Part shown: positions 7,640 to 17,428 of the stretch, piece after piece | Layout of the letters: each line of letters starts with the position of its first letter | How positions within the stretch are numbered: the stretch's first letter is position 1 | Source: an uncultured bacterium | GTDB taxonomy: Bacteria; Babelota; Babeliae; Babelales; RVW-14 | Reading direction: 5' to 3' | Assembly: GCA_963759805.1 (NCBI GenBank) | Contig: CAVXAT010000001.1 | Coordinates: 192,001-256,000, forward strand | DNA length: 64,000 bases | Notes under the pieces: generated by a model | The model's database searches: none | Told to the model about the DNA's origin: nothing | Seen by the model: the letters and a program-made list of their open reading frames with translations, nothing else | Translations under genes and position numbers: made by a program

Positions 7640-10218
7640 AAAACACTTACCTGTCCGGTGAAGGTTGTAGGCTCAGTTGTTGTATCTTTTATTAATCTGT
7701 TTTCTATTAATTTATTTTCACTAGGTGCTTGGTTTTGTATTTCAAGTTTTAACGCTTTTGTTATACCGCAGATTAATCTTTCTTGCGTTTTTATCTGGGC
7801 CAAAGTTTTTTTGTTTTCTGAATTAATTACAAGATTTTGTAACTCTGTTTTTAATGACAGTTGTGCTTCGCTTTTAAGTTTGCGTACAGCATCGATAACT
7901 TCCAGAACTTTTTCAAGAGTTTTATTGCTCTCTTCAAAACTGTAGTTAAAGCGCGGCATGTCAAACTTGGTTAAGTGTATGGAGCTTACGCCCGTAGTAG
8001 AGCCTTCGCTTTCAGATTTCTTATAAAGTTTCTGATAAAGAGTTTCTGTGATGTACGGTATAATTGGGCTGAACAGTTGCAATATTCCAAATCCCACTTC
8101 GTACAGTACAAACTTGGTTGCCTCGATCTCTTCTTTGCTGTACTTATCCGGACTGAAGAATCTATCTTTTACTAACTCCAGGTAGTTATCGCAAAACGTC
8201 TGCCAGAAAAATTTCTCAGCAATTTCAAGTGCTGAGTAGTACTCATACTTATCGTATGCCTGCATGTATGCATGCAGGGTTTTTGTGAAGTTGTGCAGTA
8301 GCCATTGGTTTACGGCATCAAGTTTGGGCGCTGTTTGCTGCTTTTTGTAATCGCCAAATTGCCCGCAACTGGAGAGTTGTCCACAACTGGAAAGTTGTTT
8401 ACAACTGGAAAGTTGTTCGGAACAGAAACGCAATGCGTTCCAGAGTTTTGTCAGCAGGCGCTGCCCAATTTTCAGTTGATTCTCACTGAACGCCGTATCG
8501 ATTCCCAATCTACCGTTTGCTGCCCAGTATCTTATAACATCTGCCGGATATGCCTGCAGTAAGGCATCGGGTGACATTTTGCTGTTATCTTTTGATTTGG
8601 AAATTTTTTCTTTTCCTGCAAGCACATGTCCCGAGATAACGATATCATTCCATGGAAGTTGATTGTTGTGAAAATACGCCTTTGCGATAGTGTAAAAAGC
8701 CCATGTTCTAATGATATCATGCGCCTGTGGTCGCATACTCATTGGAAGAGTTAAATTATCCGGTGATTTATCCGGCCAGTTCAGATTGATTTGTGGCGTC
8801 AGCCCTGATGTGTTCCAGGTGTCCATAACATCCGTCTCAGGTGTGATATGTATTGAACCACACTTTGTACACTTGCTGCCTGGAAAATTCTGTTCTTGCG
8901 GATCAACTGGAAGCGTTTTTTCATCTGCTAGCAGTATCTCACCACAATCTTTGCAGTGCCATACAGGAAATGGAATTCCATAAAAACGCTGACGAGATAT
9001 GCACCAGTCCCAACTCAAATTTTTTACCCAATCAACATATCTGACTTTCATGTAATCAGGATACCAGTTGATTTTTTCTGCCTGTTCGAGTAATTCATCT
9101 CGATGATCAAGAATTTTTATAAACCATTGTGATGGTGCCAAGTACTCAATTTCTTGTTTGCAACGTTCGTGAACGTTAACATTGTGGGTAATGGCTTTTT
9201 GATTTAGTAATTTGTCCGTCTCTTTGAGCAATTCTATAATTTTTTTTCTAGCCTCATGAACGGTTAGTCCTGCAAGCACTCCTGCGGCTTGCGTCCAGCG
9301 GCCGTCAAGACCAACAACTTGAACGAATGGAAGCGAGTGTTTTTTGTACCAAAGAATATCTGTTTGATCACCAAATGTGCAACACATGACAAGGCCTGTT
9401 CCCTTTTCAGGATCGACTTTTTCATCAGGCAGTATTGGAACTTCTTGTTTAAATACTGGAACAATTGCCTTTTTGACTGATAGCTTTGCGTATCTGGTAT
9501 CGCTTGGATGATAAAAAACCGCAACACAAGCAGGCAGCAGCTCCGGCCTGGTTGTTGCAATGATTAATTTTTCTCCGTCAGATGTTGTAAATTCTATGTC
9601 ATTGAATGAGCTTGATACGTCTGAATCATCAAGCTCAGCCTGCGCCACTGATGTCCTGCATGTGGTGCAGTACAGAGCAGGCTCTGTTTTGCGGTAGGCA
9701 AGTCCTTTTTTGAAAAGTTCAATGAAAGAGTGCTGTGATATTTTACGGACTTTGGGAGATATCGTTGAATATGTTTTTGACCAGTCAATAGAAAGACCGA
9801 GTTTCTTATAAAGTTCTTCAAAATCTTTTTCAGCTGCGTGTGATTCTTTTAGGCAGAGCTCAATAAATTCTGATCTTTTCATCAAATGTGCTTTAATGCC
9901 GTTTTTCTTTTCTACAAAACGTTCTGTTGCAAGTCCATTGTCATCAAAACCTTGAGGGTAAAAAACATTGAAACCGCGCATGCGTTTGAAGCGTGCGATT
10001 AAATCCTGGTGAGTGTAAGAGTATACATGTCCGATGTGCAACGATCCGGAAACAGTTGGAGGGGGTGTGTCAATACTGAACACCTTTTTATTTGGATCTG
10101 CATGAAAATCATAAATTTTTTCTCTCTCCCACAACTCGCGGACCTCTTTTTCCGATTGGGTATGATTGTATATTTTGTCCATATTAATTTGTTCTTGATT
10201 ACCTTGCTCGTGTTCCAT
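7636..10218 (-). CDS. valS: valine-tRNA ligase (archaeal-type)
   Basis: DTPPPTVSGSLHIGH, ATTRPELL, DWCISRQR, DVMDTW, QAHDIIRTW, KISKS. Confidence 0.95.
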   Translation of the reverse strand: MEHEQGNQEQINMDKIYNHTQSEKEVRELWEREKIYDFHADPNKKVFSIDTPPPTVSGSLHIGHVYSYTHQDLIARFKRMRGFNVFYPQGFDDNGLATERFVEKKNGIKAHLMKRSEFIELCLKESHAAEKDFEELYKKLGLSIDWSKTYSTISPKVRKISQHSFIELFKKGLAYRKTEPALYCTTCRTSVAQAELDDSDVSSSFNDIEFTTSDGEKLIIATTRPELLPACVAVFYHPSDTRYAKLSVKKAIVPVFKQEVPILPDEKVDPEKGTGLVMCCTFGDQTDILWYKKHSLPFVQVVGLDGRWTQAAGVLAGLTVHEARKKIIELLKETDKLLNQKAITHNVNVHERCKQEIEYLAPSQWFIKILDHRDELLEQAEKINWYPDYMKVRYVDWVKNLSWDWCISRQRFYGIPFPVWHCKDCGEILLADEKTLPVDPQEQNFPGSKCTKCGSIHITPETDVMDTWNTSGLTPQINLNWPDKSPDNLTLPMSMRPQAHDIIRTWAFYTIAKAYFHNNQLPWNDIVISGHVLAGKEKISKSKDNSKMSPDALLQAYPADVIRYWAANGRLGIDTAFSENQLKIGQRLLTKLWNALRFCSEQLSSCKQLSSCGQLSSCGQFGDYKKQQTAPKLDAVNQWLLHNFTKTLHAYMQAYDKYEYYSALEIAEKFFWQTFCDNYLELVKDRFFSPDKYSKEEIEATKFVLYEVGFGILQLFSPIIPYITETLYQKLYKKSESEGSTTGVSSIHLTKFDMPRFNYSFEESNKTLEKVLEVIDAVRKLKSEAQLSLKTELQNLVINSENKKTLAQIKTQERLICGITKALKLEIQNQAPSENKLIENRLIKDTTTEPTTFTGQVSVL

Positions 10219-10421
10219 AATTTTCCCTCGAATTTTCCATCAAATTCAATCGAATTAACTTTTAAATAGCTTAATTATTTTTTATACTTTAGGCAAAAGG
10301 AAGTAAAAACGGATGATTTCAAATTGATTTTTGTTTATCAAGATGTTATTTTGCCTGTAGTCATGGGAAAATAGAAAAAGATTAGTCATAATGTGCAAAA
10401 AGTTAATTGTAGAGAGCGTAG

Positions 10422-11549
10422 ATGATTTTTAACAAAAAAAATATATTTGTAGCGATATTGTCATTTGCGGTATTTGGTTTAAATCTAAATGCAACGACAG
10501 CAGAAGGTTTTGAATTGGCTACCGCATTTTTGCGCATTCCCGCTGCCATCGGTGCAAATACGGTTGGCAAGCAAAGAGGCATTGCCCCAAAAATTGTATT
10601 AATTGCTTCTGATCTGATTAGATTATCAAACGAGATCCTTACGATTGTGAATAAACGTGGAAAATTCGATTTTCACATTTATGATTACTGTTGGGGTGCC
10701 TATGATGTCTATAACTTGATTGTTCATGTTAAAAGTCTTTTCGGGGATAAGGCTAACGGTGTTGAAAAGATTGAATCCAAAGAAATTAAAAAATTTGAAT
10801 CAGTAATTCGATCTTTACATCAAGTAATCTTGCCTTTAGTCGAGGGAATGTCTGCCATCTTAAAATCTTATCCAGATGATCCGAAACTTAAAATTCAAAA
10901 TTTTCAAGCGTTCAGAAACAGGTGCGGGGCCATATGTTCACTTTCACGCTTGCTTGATAATTTGATTGTGAGTGAGCCTAAAAGTGCTGAGTTTTATACA
11001 TGTATTATTCTGCTTGTTGTCAATATTGTCGTTGCTTATGGAATTGATTCTAAGATTAAACCGGTGGAAGCAGAAGCCAGACGTCAAGAGGAAGCTGAGG
11101 CGCGTCGCTTGCTTGAAGAAGGTCGAGCAGCAGTGCTTTTGCATTTGATGATGGCTGAGCTTATGCGTGAACCTCGTGGGCGAGAAGAAGAAGAGGCTCG
11201 GCAGCAGGCAGAAGAAGTAGGGGCATTATTAGGCGATGCCGTTCCTGAAGATACGGATGAAGAACACTTTAGGACTGTTGGTGGGCAGATAGCAGCCAGG
11301 AATCGTTCTGCACGTCAAGTGGTGGAGAATCATAAAACGTTTTCTGATGAAAATTGTTCTGTATGTCTTGATCCATTTGTTCATGGAGAGAGAGTAAGAA
11401 GATTTATTTGTGGGCATGTACTCCATCATTGCGAAAAGAATGGTCATGAAGATTGCTTTGGTCAATTTGCAAGTAATGGCTCTAACGTTTGTCCATCTTG
11501 TAGGGGTATGCGAGACGTAAATGGAGAGACAGATATAGACATCCCATAA
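10422..11549 (+). CDS. secreted/membrane-anchored protein with C-terminal RING-H2-like finger (paralog 1)
   Basis: Signal peptide, shared ~210-aa region, TM helix, CSVC...CGHVLH...C...CPSC. Confidence 0.8.
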   Translation: MIFNKKNIFVAILSFAVFGLNLNATTAEGFELATAFLRIPAAIGANTVGKQRGIAPKIVLIASDLIRLSNEILTIVNKRGKFDFHIYDYCWGAYDVYNLIVHVKSLFGDKANGVEKIESKEIKKFESVIRSLHQVILPLVEGMSAILKSYPDDPKLKIQNFQAFRNRCGAICSLSRLLDNLIVSEPKSAEFYTCIILLVVNIVVAYGIDSKIKPVEAEARRQEEAEARRLLEEGRAAVLLHLMMAELMREPRGREEEEARQQAEEVGALLGDAVPEDTDEEHFRTVGGQIAARNRSARQVVENHKTFSDENCSVCLDPFVHGERVRRFICGHVLHHCEKNGHEDCFGQFASNGSNVCPSCRGMRDVNGETDIDIP

Positions 11550-11619
11550 ATATGAGCTTTTGGACATGCCAAACTTTTAGTGGAATTTTAGTGTACGGAG
11601 TCTATAGATAGATTAAAAT

Positions 11620-12579
11620 ATGATGATTTTTAACAAAAAAAATATATTCGTAGCGATATTGTCATTTGCGGTATTTGGTTTAAATCTAAATGCAACGACA
11701 GCAGAAGAGCTTGAATTGGCTACTGCCTTTTTGCGCATTCCCGCAGTAATTGGTGCCAATTCGGTTGGTAAACAAAGTGGCATTGCCCCAAAAATTGTAT
11801 TAATTGCTTCTGATCTGATTAGATTATCAAACGAGATCCTTACGATTGTGAATAAACGTGGAAAATTCGATTTTCACATTTATGATTACTGTTGGGGTGC
11901 CTATGATGTCTATAACTTGATTGTTCATGTTAAAAGTCTTTTCGGGGATAAGGCTAACGGTGTTGAAAAGATTGAATCCAAAGAAATTAAAAAATTTGAA
12001 TCAGTAATTCGATCTTTACATCAAGTAATCTTGCCTTTAGTCGAGGGAATGTCTGCCATCTTAAAATCTTATCCAGATGATCCGAAACTTAAAATTCAAA
12101 ATTTTCAAGCGTTCAGAAACAGGTGCGGGGCCATATGTTCACTTTCACGCTTGCTTGATAATTTGATTGTGAGTGAGCCTAAAAGTGCTGAGTTTTATAC
12201 ATGTATTATTCTACTTGTAGCCAATATTGTCGTTGCTTGTGGAATTGATTCTGAGCTTAAAACGGTAGAGGCAGAAGCCAGACGTAAAGAGAACGAAGAG
12301 TTTGAGGCTGAGTTTAGGCCTAAGGAAGATATCAGACGAGGAGTAAACCATTTGTTGGATAAAATATCTGAAATTGGAGGAAGTACACCTAAAAACGCAC
12401 GTGAACGTCTTGGAATTTCTTTAGAAGAAAGCAAAAACAAAAAGGCGGTGGATAGCGCATTCAGAAAAAGTGCTCAAGCGGATCCTTCAAGAATACGAGC
12501 ATTGGTGGATGCTAAAAATACTCTTTTCCCAAGACAACAAGATCTTTTCTCTGGGACAGGAAGTCAAACAGGTATTTAA
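11620..12579 (+). CDS. paralog 2, same N-terminus, degenerate J-domain-like C-terminus
   Basis: N-terminal ~215 aa nearly identical to 10422; tail NARERLGIS...VDSAFRKSA...ALVDAKNTL lacks HPD. Confidence 0.75.
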   Translation: MMIFNKKNIFVAILSFAVFGLNLNATTAEELELATAFLRIPAVIGANSVGKQSGIAPKIVLIASDLIRLSNEILTIVNKRGKFDFHIYDYCWGAYDVYNLIVHVKSLFGDKANGVEKIESKEIKKFESVIRSLHQVILPLVEGMSAILKSYPDDPKLKIQNFQAFRNRCGAICSLSRLLDNLIVSEPKSAEFYTCIILLVANIVVACGIDSELKTVEAEARRKENEEFEAEFRPKEDIRRGVNHLLDKISEIGGSTPKNARERLGISLEESKNKKAVDSAFRKSAQADPSRIRALVDAKNTLFPRQQDLFSGTGSQTGI

Positions 12580-12750
12580 ATTAGCTGCTGGCTGAAATAA
12601 GTGAATATGAAAAATCTTTAGGCAAAAGGAAGTAAAAACGGGTGATTTTAAATTGATTTTTGTTTACTGAAATGCTATTTTGCCTGTAGTCTTGGAAAAA
12701 AAGAAAAAGATTAGTCATAATGTGCAAAAAATTAACTGTAGAGAGCGTAG

Positions 12751-13674
12751 ATGATTTTTAACAAAAAAAATATATTTGTAGCGATATTATCATTTACGAT
12801 ATTTGGCTTAAATTTGAATGCAACGACAGCAGAAGAGCTTGAATTGGCTACGGCCGTTTTGCGCATTCCCGCAGTAATTGGCGCGAATACGGTTGGTAAG
12901 CAAAGTGGCATTGCCCCAAAAATTATATTAATTGCTTCTGATCTGATTAGATTATCAAACGAGATCCTTACGATTGTGAATAAACGTGGAAAATTCGATT
13001 TTTACATTTATGATTGCTGTTGGGGTGTCTATGATGCCTATAACTTGATTGTTCATGTTAAAAGTCTTTTCGGGGATAAGGCTGACAACGTTGAAAAGAT
13101 TGAATCTAAAGAGATTAAAAAATTTAAATTAGCAATTCGATCTTTACATCAAGTAATCTTGCCTTTAGTCGAGGGAATGTCTGCCATCTTAAAATCTTAT
13201 CCAGATGATCCGAAACTTAAAATTCAAAATTTTCAAGCGTTCAGAAACAGGTGCGGGGCCATATGTTCTCTTTCACGCTTGCTTGATAATTTGATTATAA
13301 GCGAGCCCCAAAGTGCTGAGTTTTATGCATATATTATTCTGCTTGTTGTCAATATTGTCGTTGCTTATGGAATTGATGGGGCCCAAGCGGTTAAAACGTT
13401 TTCTGATGGAGATTGTGCTAATGGGGTCCAAGCGGTTAAAACGTTTTCTGATGGAGATTGTGCTTTATGTCTTTGTCCATTTGTTCGTGGAGAGAAGGTA
13501 AAAAGGCTTGGTTGTGGACATGTATTTCATCATTGCCGGAAGAATGGGCATGGTGATTGCTTTGATCAGTTTGCAAACAAGTGTGAAAACTCTGCCGTTT
13601 GTCCACTTTGTAATTTCAAGCGAGATGTGGATCTGGAGACAGATATTAAGATTGTAAAGACGTCTAAAAGTTAA
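12751..13674 (+). CDS. paralog 3 with C-terminal RING-H2-like finger
   Basis: Shared N-terminus; CALC...CGHVFH...C...CPLC; upstream 12617-12750 duplicates 10288-10421. Confidence 0.8.
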   Translation: MIFNKKNIFVAILSFTIFGLNLNATTAEELELATAVLRIPAVIGANTVGKQSGIAPKIILIASDLIRLSNEILTIVNKRGKFDFYIYDCCWGVYDAYNLIVHVKSLFGDKADNVEKIESKEIKKFKLAIRSLHQVILPLVEGMSAILKSYPDDPKLKIQNFQAFRNRCGAICSLSRLLDNLIISEPQSAEFYAYIILLVVNIVVAYGIDGAQAVKTFSDGDCANGVQAVKTFSDGDCALCLCPFVRGEKVKRLGCGHVFHHCRKNGHGDCFDQFANKCENSAVCPLCNFKRDVDLETDIKIVKTSKS

Positions 13675-13686
13675 AATAATTGATTT

Positions 13687-13720
13687 AAAAAAAATGCCCC
13701 GGCGTTAATAACCGGGGCCA
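13687..13720 (-). terminator. rho-independent terminator
   Basis: GCCCCGG/CCGGGGC stem followed by a T-run on the minus strand, between convergent genes. Confidence 0.75.
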
Positions 13721-13722
13721 TC

Positions 13723-13968
13723 TTATTTCCTAATTTTAGGCAGATGCACTTTGATTGATTGAAGTACATTATCAATTGATACTCTAACCTGTTCCATTTT
13801 TAACATTGAAAGGCCGTAGTAAACTAAAAATAGGCCTGAGAAAAAAAATAAAACTTGTAAAATAACTTTATATGCAAGTGCGATTAAAATTACGCCGATA
13901 ACAAGTGCAACAATGCCTTTTATTGCATCGCCGTTGTTGCATGGTCCGTTTCCACAACTTCCACTCAT
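13723..13968 (-). CDS. small two-helix membrane protein
   Basis: AGGAG RBS, two hydrophobic segments, terminator directly downstream. Confidence 0.7.
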   Translation of the reverse strand: MSGSCGNGPCNNGDAIKGIVALVIGVILIALAYKVILQVLFFFSGLFLVYYGLSMLKMEQVRVSIDNVLQSIKVHLPKIRK

Positions 13969-14221
13969 AAATTTCTCCTTTTAAAAGATTGGACAAAATT
14001 CACTAAATTAAATTCATGCTAGCATGAGTAGTTTTGAAAATTCAATAACTTATAGAAACTTGTTGTATGGTATAATATAAATACTGACAGAAATATTCAA
14101 CCGATGATGGAAAAATCTTAAATATGTTAAGGGAGAGTAATAAATGCAATGCCATCACATAGCCTTACCATTGTGGATTATGGTTTTTGCAGGTATCGTA
14201 TTTTTTGATTGGAGTGATATT

Positions 14222-16819
14222 ATGTCAAAGGAAAAAAATAAAGATTCCATTTTCGTTATTCAAAAACATGATGCAAGCCACCTTCATTATGATTTTCGAC
14301 TGGAATCAGATGGGGTTTTAAAATCATGGGCGCTTCCCAAAGGGCCCCCAATTAAAAATTCTGATAAACGGCTTGCAATTCCTACAGAAGATCATTCTCT
14401 TTCATATGCGCGGTTTGAGGGTGTGATTCCCCCTGGTAGTTACGGCGCAGGAACTGTTATGGTGTGGGATATAGGTACTTTTAAGAATATTACCAAGGGC
14501 AAGGATGGAAAAATACTTTCCATTCCTCAATGCATCAAAAACGGTCGATTAAAGTTTCTGCTTGAGGGGAAAAAATTACATGGGGATTATGCATTAATCA
14601 AAACAAAGTCTGCGAATAAATCTTTCTGGTTACTACTGAAGATGAAAGATGCGGCAGGGAGTTCAAGCGTAAAAAATAAAGAGCTGTCCGCCATTTCAGG
14701 AAGAAGTATGCAACAGATTGCTGCTGAAAATGAAAGTGATGATGAGCCGCCGCCGGGTCAGAAAGAGATAATCCAGAAAAAAACGTCAGATTATTTTTCT
14801 GTTTTACCCAGTTCAATGCGTAATAAACTGAAAAAAACAAAGCCCAGTCAAACACAAAAGTCCATTGAATTAGTAAGCCCAATGTTGCCTTCACTGGCCA
14901 GCTCTGTTCCCCAAGGGGGAGAGTGGTTATACGAACGAAAATTTGATGGACAACGATGCATCTGTTTCAAGCAGGGCAAAAAAATTCAGCTCTTTTCTCG
15001 TAACAAAAAATCCCTGAACGATAATTATCCGGATCTCATTGAAGTGTTACAAAATCAACCGGTTGCTTCATGTATTATTGATGGAGAAATCGTTGCTTTT
15101 GAGGGCGACAAAACCAGTTTTGAGAGATTACAAAAACGAATGTTTCTTACTGGCTGTGATCAAATACGTCAATCTCATATCAAAATAACATACTGTATTT
15201 TTGACCTTCTAAGTCTGAATGGTTTTGATTTGTGTAGTGTTCCTCTGGAATACCGTAAAAAAATATTAGCAAAAGCAATCTGTTTTATTGAACCGTTGCG
15301 TTGTACGGATTTTACTGAAAGTGGGGGACAAGCCTATTTTGAACATTCGTGCAAAATAGGTTGGGAAGGCATTGTTGCCAAGAAAACATCAAGCATCTAC
15401 CAACAAAAACGATCTAAAGATTGGCTCAAGTTGAAATGTACACAAGATCAGGACTTTGTAATCGGCGGTTACACAAGCCCGCGAGGCAAACGTATTGGAT
15501 TGGGCGGATTATTGCTTGGGTACTACGATCTTTCCTGCGCCGCTCGTGGTGAGCTTGTCGAACCATCGCCAGGAGGCGACGGGCAGGGCGCAAAACTGCA
15601 CTACGTTGGTAAAGTTGGTACCGGGTTTTCGGATTCAATGTTACAAACTCTCATGAATTTTTTAAAACCATTGGAACAGAAAGATTCTCCTTTTAAAGAT
15701 TGCGGTATTTCATTTAAGGGTGTGCACTGGGTTAAGCCACAACTTCTTGCATCTGTGTCATACAAAGAGTTGACTAAAGCCGGCAAACTGCGTCACCCCC
15801 GTTTTATAGGGCTGCGTACGGATAAAAATGCTTGTGATGTTAGATTAGAAACGAAGGATGTTGATATGAACCAGTCAGTTGATTCGCGAACAATCAAAGT
15901 AAATAATCACACAATTACACTTACGCATGAAAACAAAATAATGTTTCCAAAAGATCAGATTACCAAAGAAGATATTACCAAGCATGATATTATAGAATAT
16001 TACAGTAAAGTTGCTGAGTTTATGGTCCCGCACATGATGGATCGACCGGTAAGTATGCTGCGTCTTCCTGAAGGATTAAAGGGCGAAAGCTTTTATCAAA
16101 AAGATATTCCGGAAAGTTTTCCCGCCTGGATTAAACGTGTATCAGTTCCCAAGGAGGGAGGATATAACAGAATGGTTGTCTGTAATAATGCGGCGACACT
16201 CGTGTATCTTGCAAATCAGTGCTGCCTCACTCCACATCTTTGGCTTAGTTTTACTGACAAACTTAATTATCCCAATCGTATGATTTTTGATCTTGATCCG
16301 TCAGGAAAAAACGAGTTTTCGCAGATATGCGATGCTGCGCTTGCACTGAAAAAAATTCTTGAGTCGATTGGCCTGATTCCATTTGTAATGACAACAGGCT
16401 CGCGTGGGCTTCATGTTGTTGTACCCCTTATCCGTAATGACGATTTTGATACTGTACGTGCCCTTGCACATAAAATAGCAGAGCAACTTGTTGCCACTGA
16501 CCCGCAACATTTGACGACAGAGATTCGCAAGAACAAACGCCATGGGCGAATATATGTTGATGTAGGGCGTAACGCTTATGCACAAACATCCGTGTCTCCT
16601 TATGCAGTACGAGCCAAACCGTGTGCCCCTGTTGCAACGCCATTGCAGTGGAAAGAACTTTCGGACAAAAAACTTACCGCGCAAAAATATAATATTAAAA
16701 ATATTTTTAAACGTCTGAATTTGAATGGGGATCCGTGGAAAGACATTAATTTGTCGGTGCGGTCATTGAAAAGTGCGCAAACTAAGTTTGAGAAGCTTTA
16801 TGATAAGGGTGGGGATTGA
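14222..16819 (+). CDS. ligD: NHEJ DNA ligase D (phosphoesterase-ligase-polymerase)
   Basis: FVIQKHDASHLHYDFRLE (PE), ERKFDG, EGIVAK, WLKLK, LRHPRF (ligase), FDLDP, GSRGLHV, SPYAVRA (Pol). ATG 14222 preferred over track start 14144. Confidence 0.92.
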   Translation: MSKEKNKDSIFVIQKHDASHLHYDFRLESDGVLKSWALPKGPPIKNSDKRLAIPTEDHSLSYARFEGVIPPGSYGAGTVMVWDIGTFKNITKGKDGKILSIPQCIKNGRLKFLLEGKKLHGDYALIKTKSANKSFWLLLKMKDAAGSSSVKNKELSAISGRSMQQIAAENESDDEPPPGQKEIIQKKTSDYFSVLPSSMRNKLKKTKPSQTQKSIELVSPMLPSLASSVPQGGEWLYERKFDGQRCICFKQGKKIQLFSRNKKSLNDNYPDLIEVLQNQPVASCIIDGEIVAFEGDKTSFERLQKRMFLTGCDQIRQSHIKITYCIFDLLSLNGFDLCSVPLEYRKKILAKAICFIEPLRCTDFTESGGQAYFEHSCKIGWEGIVAKKTSSIYQQKRSKDWLKLKCTQDQDFVIGGYTSPRGKRIGLGGLLLGYYDLSCAARGELVEPSPGGDGQGAKLHYVGKVGTGFSDSMLQTLMNFLKPLEQKDSPFKDCGISFKGVHWVKPQLLASVSYKELTKAGKLRHPRFIGLRTDKNACDVRLETKDVDMNQSVDSRTIKVNNHTITLTHENKIMFPKDQITKEDITKHDIIEYYSKVAEFMVPHMMDRPVSMLRLPEGLKGESFYQKDIPESFPAWIKRVSVPKEGGYNRMVVCNNAATLVYLANQCCLTPHLWLSFTDKLNYPNRMIFDLDPSGKNEFSQICDAALALKKILESIGLIPFVMTTGSRGLHVVVPLIRNDDFDTVRALAHKIAEQLVATDPQHLTTEIRKNKRHGRIYVDVGRNAYAQTSVSPYAVRAKPCAPVATPLQWKELSDKKLTAQKYNIKNIFKRLNLNGDPWKDINLSVRSLKSAQTKFEKLYDKGGD
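15534..15587. repeat. palindromic repeat inserted in frame in ligD
   Basis: CGCTCGTGGTGAGCTTGTCGAACCAT core, also at ~62464-62489 and split at 31725-31863; bounded by CCTGC/GCAGG; 54 bp. Confidence 0.75.
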
Positions 16820-16850
16820 ATTGCCGCCAAAAAATGAGGTGTTTATTTTA

Positions 16851-16882
16851 TCCATGGATCCTGAATCAAGTTCAGGATGACA
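16851..16882. repeat. palindromic repeat family A (TGTCATCCTGAA-N5/6-TTCAGGATC)
   Basis: Further copies at 21351, 21428, 21500, 26705, 40164. Confidence 0.85.
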
Positions 16883-16893
16883 AAAAAGGAGAG

Positions 16894-16967
16894 CGTCCCC
16901 AATGGGATTCGAACCCATGTTACAGGAATGAAAATCCTGTGTCCTAGTCCACCTAGACGATGGGGAC
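16894..16967 (-). tRNA. tRNA-Glu (TTC)
   Basis: GTCCCCA/TGGGGAC acceptor, CAGGA-TTTTCAT-TCCTG anticodon arm, GGTTCGAATCC T-arm; CCA not encoded. Confidence 0.95.
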
Positions 16968-17029
16968 GTATGCATCAAAGAAAATTGTCTCTTGAAGAAC
17001 CAGTTTTTATCATGCCATCATTCAAGTAA

Positions 17030-17118
17030 TTAGGATGGCCTGCCATCCGTCGTGTCCGCCGTAGCCACATCGGGCGAAGGCTGGAAGCTACGAGCCCTTT
17101 AGGGCGAAGGGCGTAGGA
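17030..17118. repeat. palindromic repeat family B, directly 3' of tRNA-Lys
   Basis: Minus-strand TTCGCCCTAAAGGGCTCGTAGCTTCCAGCCTTCG...CTACGGCGGACACG matches 63383-63445. Confidence 0.8.
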
Positions 17119-17194
17119 TGGTGAGCCGCGCAGGAATCGAACCTGCGACCCACAGCTTAAAAGGCTGTTGCTCTACCGACTGAGCTAGCGGCTC
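17119..17194 (-). tRNA. tRNA-Lys (TTT)
   Basis: Cloverleaf with ACAGC-CTTTTAA-GCTGT arm and encoded CCA. Confidence 0.96.
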
Positions 17195-17211
17195 GTGAAT
17201 TTCATGCTTAA

Positions 17212-17240
17212 AATCTATTAAAATATGTACTTTTTGTCAA
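17212..17240 (-). promoter_or_regulatory. sigma70 promoter for tRNA-Lys/Glu
   Basis: TTGACA-17 nt-TAGATT. Confidence 0.6.
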
Positions 17241-17428
17241 GGAAATAAGTGTCAATTAATAAAGTTATTTTCAGATTATACGACTCAGAGGGCCCTGACC
17301 AAAACAAATGTTTTTAGAGTAGTTATCGGGATAATTAGCTAAATAAATTTTATCCCAAGATCTTGCTGCATACGACGCAGCGCGACGAAATGTACCCCGA
17401 CCGGCCTCAAATAAGTTTGCCCTGTCCT

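Noticed and set aside
7636..10218. Archaeal-type ValRS as a novelty
   Set aside because: Already known from several bacterial lineages; recorded as a feature only
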